A DNA stretch of 64,000 nucleotides, taken from assembly GCA_963767735.1 (NCBI GenBank), contig CAVYES010000006.1, positions 448,001 to 512,000 of the forward strand, given 5' to 3'. Shown here one piece after another: positions 51,659 to 61,400 of the stretch (positions are counted from its first letter, which is position 1; each line of letters opens with the position of its first letter). A model generated the notes under the pieces. That model saw only the letters and a list, made by a program, of their open reading frames with translations, made no database searches and was not told the DNA's origin. The position numbers and the translations under genes were made by a program. This DNA comes from Candidatus Bathyarchaeota archaeon. GTDB lineage: Archaea; Thermoproteota; Bathyarchaeia; Bathyarchaeales; Bathycorpusculaceae.

Positions 51659-52111
51659 ATGAATTTTAGAAAAATTCGAAAAAATATTAAAGCGATTTCG
51701 CCAATAATTTCGGTGCTACTAATGATAGCCATCGCAGTCGTAGCCTCACTCGTAGTCTACGCATGGGTAATGGGATACATAGGATACCAAACCGGCAAAA
51801 CAGGAGACTCGGTAGTAATTCAAAGCGTTACTTTCACCGGCACACCAGGCACCTCGGGAACAGTTAATCTAGTATATCTACAAAATATTGGCAGTACAAC
51901 GATTAAGTTGCAAGCAGGTCAATGTTTGTACGTCGGTGGTGCGCTTGATACACTTGCCGGAGGAGCTCCAGCAACACTAGCTCCAGGCGCTACCGCAGTA
52001 ATTACAGCAACGCCAGCTCAGCAGACCGCATGGACCTCAGGCACAGAACTTACAATTAAAGTAACCACGGTAGGCGGAACATACAGTCAAGTAACTGAAC
52101 AGGTTCCTTGA
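51659..52111 (+). CDS. Archaeal type IV pilin (probable major pilin)
   Basis: Class III signal peptide KNIKA/ISPIISVLL plus hydrophobic helix. Confidence 0.9.
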   Translation: MNFRKIRKNIKAISPIISVLLMIAIAVVASLVVYAWVMGYIGYQTGKTGDSVVIQSVTFTGTPGTSGTVNLVYLQNIGSTTIKLQAGQCLYVGGALDTLAGGAPATLAPGATAVITATPAQQTAWTSGTELTIKVTTVGGTYSQVTEQVP

Positions 52112-52169
52112 AAAAAGTGTTAAATCGCTTTTCATCTCTATCCTTTTTTCTTTTGAACTTTAAAAATAA

Positions 52170-53813
52170 ATGAGGTCGATATTAACGGTATTTAACAAAC
52201 AGATAAGATTGTTTAACAGAAAGAAGTCTTCAAATATTACGCAGAGTACGGTCATTGAAGATAATGTAGCGGAGACTTCGATCTCTTCTAGCTTAATTGA
52301 TGGCGCATCTGGAGTTGAAGTGGAAGCTTCCGTTAAAGATTCTACGGTGTTGGAAAGTTACATGCTTAATGCGCCTTACGCTTCTGTTCAAATTACGCGC
52401 GACACGGTTGGCGGCAACGTCAATTATGTTGTGGAAGAACCAAAGCTCAGCGTGACTGACCTGAAAAGTCTCGAGCGCCTGAAAGGAATTTTAAATGAAG
52501 TTTTGGAATATAGGCCAAAGGAACTGAAATCAAAGCAGGCCGCTGCAGAATATCTAGTAAAAAAGAGCAATGAAATATTAGATAATTACCATTTCAATTT
52601 AGACTCACAGACATGCGGTAAGTTGCTCTATCATGTTCTCAAGGATAATCTTGGTTTCGGAAAAATAGACGCGCTTATGCATGATCCGTTGATCGAAGAT
52701 ATTTCCTGCGATGGAGTCAATGTACCCATTTATATTTGGCACAGAAAATTTGAATCTATCCCGACCAACATTCTTTTTGAAACAGCCGAAGAGCTTGACT
52801 CCTATGCTTTACGACTTGCTTATCTTTGCGGAAGCCATGTTTCAATAGCGCAGCCTATGCTTGATGCATCCTTGCCGGATGGCAGCAGAATCAACTTGAC
52901 ATATGGAAGCGAAGTTACCCGTAAAGGCTCAACTTTCACTATAAGAAAATTCAAGCTTGACCCCTTCACAGTCACAGATCTCGTCACTTTCAAGTCTATG
53001 TCGTCCGAGATGGCTGCTTTCTTCTGGTACGCAGTAGAAAACCGAGTTTCGATTTTGGTGGCAGGCGGCATAGCAGCTGGAAAAACAACATTGCTAAATT
53101 GTTTAAGCATGTTTATTAAGCCCGATTTGAAGGTCGTCTCAATTGAAGATACCCCTGAACTAAATCTTCCCCATAAAAACTGGATTCCCGCTGCTACAAG
53201 AACGCATTTTGGGCTTGCAACAGAAACTTCGGATATCACTCTTTTCGATCTGCTGAAAGCCGCATTGAGACAGAGACCAGACTACATCATTGTGGGAGAA
53301 ATCCGAGGGGCAGAAGCTTACACGCTGTTCCAAGCAGTAAGTACCGGTCACCTTGGAATGTCAACGGTTCATGCAGAATCAGTTGAGTCAGCCGTGTACA
53401 GGTTAGAGTCAGCGCCCATGAATATTCCAAGAACACTTATCGCAGGAATAGACATCATTCTTGTTCAAAAACGAGTCGAATTAAACGGCAAGCCCGTGAG
53501 AAAAACCGTTGCAACCTCAGAAATAGTAGGTTTAGATCCGCGTTCAGGAGAAATTTTAACAAACGAAGTTTACAGATGGAATCCTGCACTAGACACTTTT
53601 GATTTTACAGGCAGAAGCTACATTCTAGAAAAGGTAGCTGAAAAAACAGGCGTGACTCCAGAAGAAGCAAGCGAAGAAATCCAGCGCAGGGCTAAAGTGA
53701 TCCAATGGCTGGTCAAGAAAAATATTCGAAACTACAAAGAAGTCTCAAACATAATCCGAAGCTACCTTGAAAACCCTGAGCCCGTATTAAAGGAGGCTCT
53801 AAACAACGAATAA
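52170..53813 (+). CDS. Type IV pilus assembly ATPase (FlaI/TadA-like)
   Basis: IEDISCDG, LPDGSR, GGIAAGKTT, IEDTPE, RQRPDYIIVGEIRG, TGH. Confidence 0.95.
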   Translation: MRSILTVFNKQIRLFNRKKSSNITQSTVIEDNVAETSISSSLIDGASGVEVEASVKDSTVLESYMLNAPYASVQITRDTVGGNVNYVVEEPKLSVTDLKSLERLKGILNEVLEYRPKELKSKQAAAEYLVKKSNEILDNYHFNLDSQTCGKLLYHVLKDNLGFGKIDALMHDPLIEDISCDGVNVPIYIWHRKFESIPTNILFETAEELDSYALRLAYLCGSHVSIAQPMLDASLPDGSRINLTYGSEVTRKGSTFTIRKFKLDPFTVTDLVTFKSMSSEMAAFFWYAVENRVSILVAGGIAAGKTTLLNCLSMFIKPDLKVVSIEDTPELNLPHKNWIPAATRTHFGLATETSDITLFDLLKAALRQRPDYIIVGEIRGAEAYTLFQAVSTGHLGMSTVHAESVESAVYRLESAPMNIPRTLIAGIDIILVQKRVELNGKPVRKTVATSEIVGLDPRSGEILTNEVYRWNPALDTFDFTGRSYILEKVAEKTGVTPEEASEEIQRRAKVIQWLVKKNIRNYKEVSNIIRSYLENPEPVLKEALNNE

Positions 53814-54666
53814 AACGTTGCTGAGCATATCTCTACGAATATTCGACAAGATCCCGAAGAGTTTTCTTTCTTCCTTTACAGGTTTACAGCAAAACCTGGC
53901 TAAAGCTAACTTGAAGATAACCTTCCAAGTTTACGTGGGATTAACGGTTTTCACATCAATTCTCTCAGGAATTGTAGCATTCACTTTGGCAACGATTTTA
54001 TCGCCTTCAATTTTTCTTTCAATCCCGATTGGTTTACTTGTCTTTCTCTCATCATTTGGCATTTGCTACGCTTATCCCCTGCTCGGTATCTCTTCAAAGG
54101 CAAGAAAAATAGATGCAAACCTTCCGCTTACAGCAAACTTTATGGCAGTTCTCGCTAGTGCCGGTATGCCGCCTGAACGAATTTTTCGTTCATTAGCCAA
54201 CGTTGGAGACGAATTTGGTCTTGGTGAAGAAATGGGCAGAATAATCGGCGACATTGAATTGTTAGGGTTAGACCTTAATGAAGCATTAAAGAAGGGTTCT
54301 TTGAGGTCTGCGTCGCGAAAATTCGGGTCATTACTTGACGGTATCGTGGCCACCACACATGTTGGTGGAGATTTGGCTGCTTATCTGCGGGAAGCAGCTG
54401 ATAAGTATAAAAAAGTCAGAATTGCATCAATGAAGAGCTATTTGGAGGGCTTAGCTGGCATGGCTGAAGTCTACGTCAGCTTCATGATTGCTCTTCCGCT
54501 TGCACTTGTGGTCATGCTCTCAATAATGTCCTTTTTGGGCGGAGGCGCATCATTGTTAGGCAACATTAATCCTCAGACGATACTTTTGCTCTTGGTTTAT
54601 GTGATAACACCTGTAGGCTGCACCGTACTTCTATTAATGGTTGATTCGATGACTCCACCGAGGTAA
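53806..54666 (+). CDS. TadC/FlaJ-like pilus platform protein (ACG 53806 or TTG 53818)
   Basis: IDANLP, ASAGMP, GGDLAAYL, several TMs. Confidence 0.9.
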   Translation, partial: TNKTLLSISLRIFDKIPKSFLSSFTGLQQNLAKANLKITFQVYVGLTVFTSILSGIVAFTLATILSPSIFLSIPIGLLVFLSSFGICYAYPLLGISSKARKIDANLPLTANFMAVLASAGMPPERIFRSLANVGDEFGLGEEMGRIIGDIELLGLDLNEALKKGSLRSASRKFGSLLDGIVATTHVGGDLAAYLREAADKYKKVRIASMKSYLEGLAGMAEVYVSFMIALPLALVVMLSIMSFLGGGASLLGNINPQTILLLLVYVITPVGCTVLLLMVDSMTPPR

Positions 54667-54671
54667 CCAAA

Positions 54672-55520
54672 ATGCGCCAAATACCAAAGAAAACACGGCA
54701 GTTTGCAGTCGTTGCCTCCCTTTTATTGATTTTCATAGACGTCATCATATTAGCCATAATTGATCCAAACATCCTGACAACTTATGCCAACGAAATATTC
54801 CTAATTGCGCTTCTTATAATCTTAGTTCCATCCGCCATACTTGACTTCGAAAATCAAAGATGGATTTCAGCCATTGAAGATCAAATGCCTCTTCTAGTAC
54901 GCGGAGTTTCAGAATCTCAGGAAACGGGGTTAACCTTAGTTAAAGCATTAGAAAAAGTCGTTGACGACAAAATGATCGGGCACCCGCTCTCAGACGAAGT
55001 CAAGAAGCTGACCCTTCAAATGGCCTGGGGCGCATCCTTCGAAACGGCCCTGACCAACTTCAAAGAACGAATCAATTCGCCAATAGTAAACAGGTTCTGC
55101 GCTTTGGTGCTTGAGGCAAGTCGTTCGGGCGGCACAATAAAGAAAGTTTTCGCTGCTACATCGGGTTTCATGGAGGAAATGAAAGACATGGATAAGGAAA
55201 CAAGTGCCCAGATGAAACCTTACATAGTCGTAATTTACGCGGCTTTTGCTGTCTTTATAGTTGTAGCAGTTCTCCTTGTGCGGTCTTTCTTTGCTCCTGT
55301 GCAGGGCGCTCCGCAAATCATGGGCCAAGGTGCAGTGGGCAGCATTAGCGGATTGAAAGACTTCTTTTACAAGGACATGCTAGTTTCCGGAGTTACAGGC
55401 GGCTTAATGGCCGGAAAACTTGGAGAGCGAAGAATAACAGGCGGCTTAAAACATGCCATAATTCTAACAGTCGTGGGATATGCGATATTCTTCATTGCAA
55501 TTCCGCCAGTTTGGATATGA
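54672..55520 (+). CDS. TadC/FlaJ-like pilus platform protein 2
   Basis: IEDQMP, TGLTL..AL, SGG, GLMAGK..GLKH. Confidence 0.9.
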   Translation: MRQIPKKTRQFAVVASLLLIFIDVIILAIIDPNILTTYANEIFLIALLIILVPSAILDFENQRWISAIEDQMPLLVRGVSESQETGLTLVKALEKVVDDKMIGHPLSDEVKKLTLQMAWGASFETALTNFKERINSPIVNRFCALVLEASRSGGTIKKVFAATSGFMEEMKDMDKETSAQMKPYIVVIYAAFAVFIVVAVLLVRSFFAPVQGAPQIMGQGAVGSISGLKDFFYKDMLVSGVTGGLMAGKLGERRITGGLKHAIILTVVGYAIFFIAIPPVWI

Positions 55521-55524
55521 AAAA

Positions 55525-55998
55525 ATGAGAAAACTCTACAGAAATAAAAAGGGTCTTTCAACAGTCATAACAACAATCTTGATGATTGTGGTCGTTATGG
55601 TCGGCATGACTATACTATTTGCTTACGTTACTGTCTACGCTAACAATTACCAGACGGGAACCGGCAGCTCCATTCTGGAGTCAATGACGATAGAGGATGT
55701 TTGGATTCAAAATTCGAACGCTGTACAGCTTTCAGTGTACAATACAGGAACAGCAACAAATTTGGGAACAAATGTTGATTTGACCATTGCCTCGATTTAC
55801 GTAAATGGCGTGGCGCTAACTACAACTAATTCTCCCTCAGGACCGATTAGCTCCAACGTCTTAGTAGGTGCTGGTGATCATGTTTCGATTGATGGTTGGT
55901 ATTGGCCATCTGGAGGGTTCCAAAGTGGGCAGACCTATAATTTTAAAATCGTAACCGCGAGGGGTTCAAACTTTGAAGTACTATACACCGACCCTTAA
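55525..55998 (+). CDS. Minor type IV pilin
   Basis: RNKKG/LSTVITTILMIVVV; C-terminal FKIVTARG. Confidence 0.88.
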   Translation: MRKLYRNKKGLSTVITTILMIVVVMVGMTILFAYVTVYANNYQTGTGSSILESMTIEDVWIQNSNAVQLSVYNTGTATNLGTNVDLTIASIYVNGVALTTTNSPSGPISSNVLVGAGDHVSIDGWYWPSGGFQSGQTYNFKIVTARGSNFEVLYTDP

Positions 55999-56017
55999 CA
56001 AGGAGTGAAATGGAATA

Positions 56018-56500
56018 ATGAAAAAGCTCATAAAAAATCGTAAAGGAACAGCTGAAGTCATCGGTACAATGTTGTTCATTGTCATACTGCTATTCTTCTT
56101 CACAAATGTCTATCTTTGGCATGATAACGCAACCAAAGATGCAAATCAACTTTTCCTGCAAAAGGTTAACTCAACATTTAAAATAGAACAAGTAGCTGGG
56201 AGTATTGTCGTTACCGCTGACGGGGGATCAACCGTTTATTTGTCTAGAATATGGATAATTGATAATACTTTAAACGCGCACTATTATGCAAACTTAAACG
56301 TGACGGTAGCAGCGGGTGAGTCTTTCAATTTTACTTTTTCAAATAATGAAAACTATTACAATCCATCTAGTCCGGTTAGCGTAAACCCTCCGCAAGATGG
56401 CAGTATGCAACTTAATTTTTACCCGCCAGCATACGCCGTAACAATTGCCGTTATAAATACTCTCGGCATAGAGGAATACACTACTTTCCAGCCATCTTAA
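56018..56500 (+). CDS. Minor type IV pilin
   Basis: NRKG/TAEVIGTMLFIVILL. Confidence 0.85.
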   Translation: MKKLIKNRKGTAEVIGTMLFIVILLFFFTNVYLWHDNATKDANQLFLQKVNSTFKIEQVAGSIVVTADGGSTVYLSRIWIIDNTLNAHYYANLNVTVAAGESFNFTFSNNENYYNPSSPVSVNPPQDGSMQLNFYPPAYAVTIAVINTLGIEEYTTFQPS

Positions 56501-56987
56501 TTCGCCCAAATGTACCTTATTTAGCCTTAACTTGGTTTCACTCAGATTCGCATGGAAACGGATCGTCTTACTGTCCATCGCAAAGTAAAAAGCTTTGACT
56601 TCTTGCTTAGCTGGCTGCCTCTTTTGAAGAAATTGATGCAAAATCGATGGGTTTACTCATCGTAAACATAGTGAGTATGTTGTTTCATGTTTGGCGCCTA
56701 TTGAGACCGTGAGAACTTGAGATAAGCCCTGACAAAATATGCTCTCTTAGGCATAAATGCTCCATTAGAGCCCCATAATTTGGTTGGTTACCATTGGATT
56801 GTTTCGGAAGAAGAAAAACGGTTTCGCCAAGCTACTTCTCTTGATGAGATTTAATCCGCTGAATCTTCACACAGTTTCCATCACGGTCATCTATCAGACC
56901 GAGGGAAGGGCTTAAGACACACAAAATGTAAGGCACAAGTTCTACAAATGAAAAAAGAAAGCTGAACATTCATCAAATGTGAAATGT

Positions 56988-58175
56988 TTATTTTGGCTTT
57001 GAGTAGCGTTCTCTGACTTGAACCCGTATTGGGCGGATAATGTTTAATCCGTTGACTATCCATTCGCCAACTTCTAAGCTAGATAACTGCTCGCCGCTGC
57101 CGCTAATCATGTTTTTGAGAAACGCTAAATCCTCGGGATCGCTTGTTCTTCCAACGATTTGGTTTACCATTTTAGACAAAACTTTTCCGCCCAGCTCAGT
57201 TGGATGGGACGTAATAAGAATGGTTGCTATACCGTTTTTCGACATTAGTATTTCTTGAATTGCCTGAACGGGGAGATTCTCCGCATCTTCAACTACCAAA
57301 AGAAATGGCTGCACCGTTTTTTCTCGTCTACTTTTTGCCAAGGCGTTTAAAATGTTCGCGTAGTATTCGCTTTTTTCGCTGAGACTTAAGTTTTCAGCAG
57401 TAATTATAGTGATTTGCCGTTCTTTAATTTTTTTAGCTGCTGAATCAACGTTTTCTTTATCGGCGCTGATTATTACGGTTTGGGACTTGAATGAATAGTT
57501 CTTGTCTGACGTTGAAGCGGTGCCCACTGTTGAGTATTCGTTGTTTGGGTCTAAAATGACTATGGGTTGGCTAGTTTTGTTGGCAAGCTCTTCAATGATT
57601 ACCGTGGCTGTAAAGGTTTTTCCTGCTCCATCAAGGGCCGAGATAAGAGTGTGCTTGCTGGTTAGGTCAACGGCATCTAAGTAACAAATTATCTGTTGAT
57701 CACCAGCCTCCTGAGAAGCTCCAAAAATTTCCGCTTTGCCCAAATAAACGGGCTGCGCACAGGCTTTTCCATCGGTTCCTCGGCTGAATATATCTTCCAA
57801 GAATGAGGCGTATGGCATGTAGATGCGGCTGCCTGGATTTGGCGGCACAAGCAGTTTGCAAATGGGCTTCGCTTCGTTTCTTAAATCGATGTAACCGATT
57901 ATTTGGGCTATGGCCAACCTTTTGCCTATACGGTCGCCAATGGTTGAGCCTGCAACCTCTTCATAACTGGTTATTTCTTTAATTTCAGCAAGCACTTGAC
58001 ATGCATCGCCATATACTGGGTGGTTAAGGCAAACTATGTCCTGTTTTTCTATGGTTTCGCGATTCTTTGGGGGACTGACCAAGAAACTGAACTGAGTGGT
58101 GTTTGTCTCACTGCTCAACAACCCAAAATGTTCTTTTATGCGTATGTTTGCTGGATCCATTAGCGGTAACTCCAT
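56988..58175 (-). CDS. HerA-like protein (HAS-barrel plus shortened, degenerate ATPase)
   Basis: PPNPGS, KHTLISALDGAGKT, ILDPNNEY, LVVEDAEN, GEWIV. Confidence 0.85.
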   Translation of the reverse strand: MELPLMDPANIRIKEHFGLLSSETNTTQFSFLVSPPKNRETIEKQDIVCLNHPVYGDACQVLAEIKEITSYEEVAGSTIGDRIGKRLAIAQIIGYIDLRNEAKPICKLLVPPNPGSRIYMPYASFLEDIFSRGTDGKACAQPVYLGKAEIFGASQEAGDQQIICYLDAVDLTSKHTLISALDGAGKTFTATVIIEELANKTSQPIVILDPNNEYSTVGTASTSDKNYSFKSQTVIISADKENVDSAAKKIKERQITIITAENLSLSEKSEYYANILNALAKSRREKTVQPFLLVVEDAENLPVQAIQEILMSKNGIATILITSHPTELGGKVLSKMVNQIVGRTSDPEDLAFLKNMISGSGEQLSSLEVGEWIVNGLNIIRPIRVQVRERYSKPK

Positions 58176-58424
58176 AAAATTATATGTAAGTATTTGTCTT
58201 TGCGGGGAATTTTAATATATCGGAATGCCAACCAAAGGCTTGAATTCAATTAATACAATTGGTAATGCGTTTGGCTGATTTTGGTCGTTGTTGTAGCGCT
58301 TGTTTGGTTGTGGAACAATCCTCCATTCAATCTTATATAGCGCTCAATCTTACCTAACTTCAACTGGAGAGAAGAATTTTACCGATTACTCTCTCCTCAT
58401 AAACCATAAAGGAGAAAAAAATTT

Positions 58425-61400
58425 TTGCGAAAAATAACTAAACTTAGACACTCTATTAAAGCTATATCACCAATAATTTCAGTTTTGCTATTGATAGCGA
58501 TTGCCGTGGTGGCTTCGCTGGTCGTCTATGCATGGGTAATGGGTTACATAGGCGGCGGCACCACCAAAGCAGGATATGCCATAAACATTCAGAGTTTATC
58601 CTCAGCCACAGGAAGCTTAACGATTTATGTACAGAACACCGGCATAGGAGCCGTACAACTCAATCCCACCAGCGCTGTATACGTAAACAATACGCTGGAA
58701 ACCATAACTTCAGTTACACCAACTGGAGATCTAGCCAACGGAATTATCACAATTCCTCAGGGTCAAACTGCAGCACTCGTTGTTCCTTGGGCGTCAAGCG
58801 GACCAGTTACGATCAAAGTAGTTACAACAAGCGGAACATTCATGACAACTACAGGCACATCCACTGCAGGCGGAATATTCTATTCGGTTTCTTTTAGTGC
58901 AAGCGGTGGTGGAGGCTCTTCCACAATTTCCCCAAGTGGTACTGCATCTTACACGGGTGCGGTTCCGATTACCGCTACTGCTGGTGCTGGTTACACGTTC
59001 TCAGGTTGGAGCGCTACTGGATCGATCATATTTGGTGACGCAAGTTCGGCTTCTACTACTGCGACTGTTAATGGTGCTGGCACTGTAACTGCTTCTTTCA
59101 CTCAGACTGATTACCAGGTCAGCTTCAGTACAAGCGGAGGCGGCAGTGGTTCAACAACTTCACCGAGCACTACTGGATCTTACACTATGGGTGAACCAGT
59201 TATGATCACAGCAACTGCAGGTAACGGATACAAGTTTTCAAGTTGGACCGCTACTGGGTCGATTACATTTGCCAGTTCGAGTTCGGCTTCTACTACTGCG
59301 ACTGTTAATGGTGCTGGCAGCATAACTGCCGACTTCGTTAGTTTGGCAGCCAGCATAAAGATCAGTCCAACAACTTCAACTATTCCCGCTGGAAATACTC
59401 AAGGCTATACAGCTACAGCTTACGACATAAACGGCAACAGCTTGGGCGATATCACAAGTTCAACCACTTGGAGTATAACTTCTGGCGCTGCTGGTTCATG
59501 GTCAGGCTCTACCTACACTTCAGCTAACACTGGCGCATGGACAGTAACAGCCACATATTCAGGTCTGACCGCAACAGCTCAACTGACAGTGTACGGTACA
59601 CTCGCAAGCTTTTCGTTTGGACCCATTAATACGCAAAATGCAGGTTCGGCCTTCCAGGTAAGTATTACCGCTCAAGATGCCAATGGTAATCCTGTCACAA
59701 ACTTCGTTGGTTCAGCTACATTAACAGATCTTTCCGGCTCAATTAGCCCCGCAACTACTGGTCCATTTACTAACGGCGTTTGGACTGGTCAGGTCACCAT
59801 CACGAAGGCAATAACGAACGATCTTATCACGGCTACTGATTCAACCATTGCTGGCCAAAGCAGCTTATTCACCGTTAATACAGGCGGCGCTACGAGCTTT
59901 GTTGTTTCTGGTTTCACAAGTCCTGTTACTGCTGGTGCTGCTGGTTCTGTTACGGTTACGGCGATGGATGCTTATGGAAACGTAGTGACTGGCTATGCTG
60001 GTACGGTCGCGATTACTTCAAGTGATAGTCAAGCTGTTTTGCCTCCGAATGCTGTCTTAACTAATGGTATTGGTTCTTTCAGTGTTACTTTGAAAACGGC
60101 TGGTTCTCAATCGATTACTGCTACTGATACTGTGACAAGTTCAATCACTGGTTCTCAGACTGCCATAACGGTTAATGCAGTTACTACTCCAACGAGCTTT
60201 GTTGTTTCTGGTTTCACAAGTCCTGTTACTGCTGGTGCTGCTGGTTCTGTTACGGTTACGGCGATGGATGCTTATGGAAACGTAGTGACTGGCTATGCTG
60301 GTACGGTCGCGATTACTTCGAGTGATAGTCAAGCTGTTTTGCCTCCGAATGCTGTCTTAACTAATGGTATTGGTTCTTTCAGTGTTACTTTGAAAACGGC
60401 TGGTTCTCAATCGATTACTGCTACTGATACTGTGACAAGTTCAATCACTGGCTCTCAAACTGGCATAACGGTTAATTCTGGTGCTTTGGCGAGCTTTACC
60501 ATTAGCACTATTAGTAATCCGCAAACTGCTGGAACAGCTTTCCCCATTACCATAACTGCTTATGATCAATACGGCAATGTTGAGACTGGCTACTCAGGCG
60601 CTGCGATAAGTGATCTTTCTGGCTCGCTTACGAGCACGGGTTCGTTTACTACTGGCGTTTGGACTGGTACGGTGACCATCACGAAGGCAATGGCGAATGA
60701 CGTTATTACTGTGACTGATGCAAGTTCAGGCACAAATGTGCAGAGCGGCGCGTTTACTGTTACTCCTGGTGCTTTGGCAAGCTTTACCATTAGCACTATT
60801 AGTAATCCGCAAACTGCTGGAACAGCTTTCAGCGTAACGATAACTGCTTACGATCAATACAACAACGTCGCGACCAACTATGCTGGTCCGGCAGTGTTAA
60901 GTGATGTTTCTGGATCGCTTAATCCAACTACTGCCACGTTTACTGCTGGTATCTATACTGGTTCGGTGAAGATCACGACGGCTAATGCCAATGATGTTAT
61001 CACTGTGAAAGATTCAAGTACAGGTGTCACAGCGTCGAGCAATCAGTTCAATGTTGTTGCTGGTTCCGTCGATCACTTTGTGTTTAACACTATTAGTCAA
61101 CAAACTGCTGGCACCGCTTTCACGGTAACTATCACGGCTAAAGATTCGAGCGGCAATACCGTAATGACTTATACTGGTTCGGCTACGTTCACTGACGTTT
61201 CAGGCTCAATCAGTCTGAAAAGCACAGGTGTGTTTACTAATGGTGTCTTGCAAGCTTCGGTAGCTATCACTAAGGCATATACAAGCGATGTTATCACTGC
61301 AACTGACATAACTACAGGAGCGAATGGGCAGAGCAACACATTCAATGTCGTTGCCGCTCCAGCTACACAACTTGTCTACACCGCGGGAACAACCCAATCA

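Noticed and set aside
51659-56500. Archaellum locus
   Set aside because: Two TadC-like genes, pilin-type heads, no recognisable flaF/flaG and no chemotaxis genes; it fits an adhesive pilus
56339-56641. 100-aa minus-strand ORF and other antisense shadow ORFs
   Set aside because: They overlap well-supported genes and show no motifs
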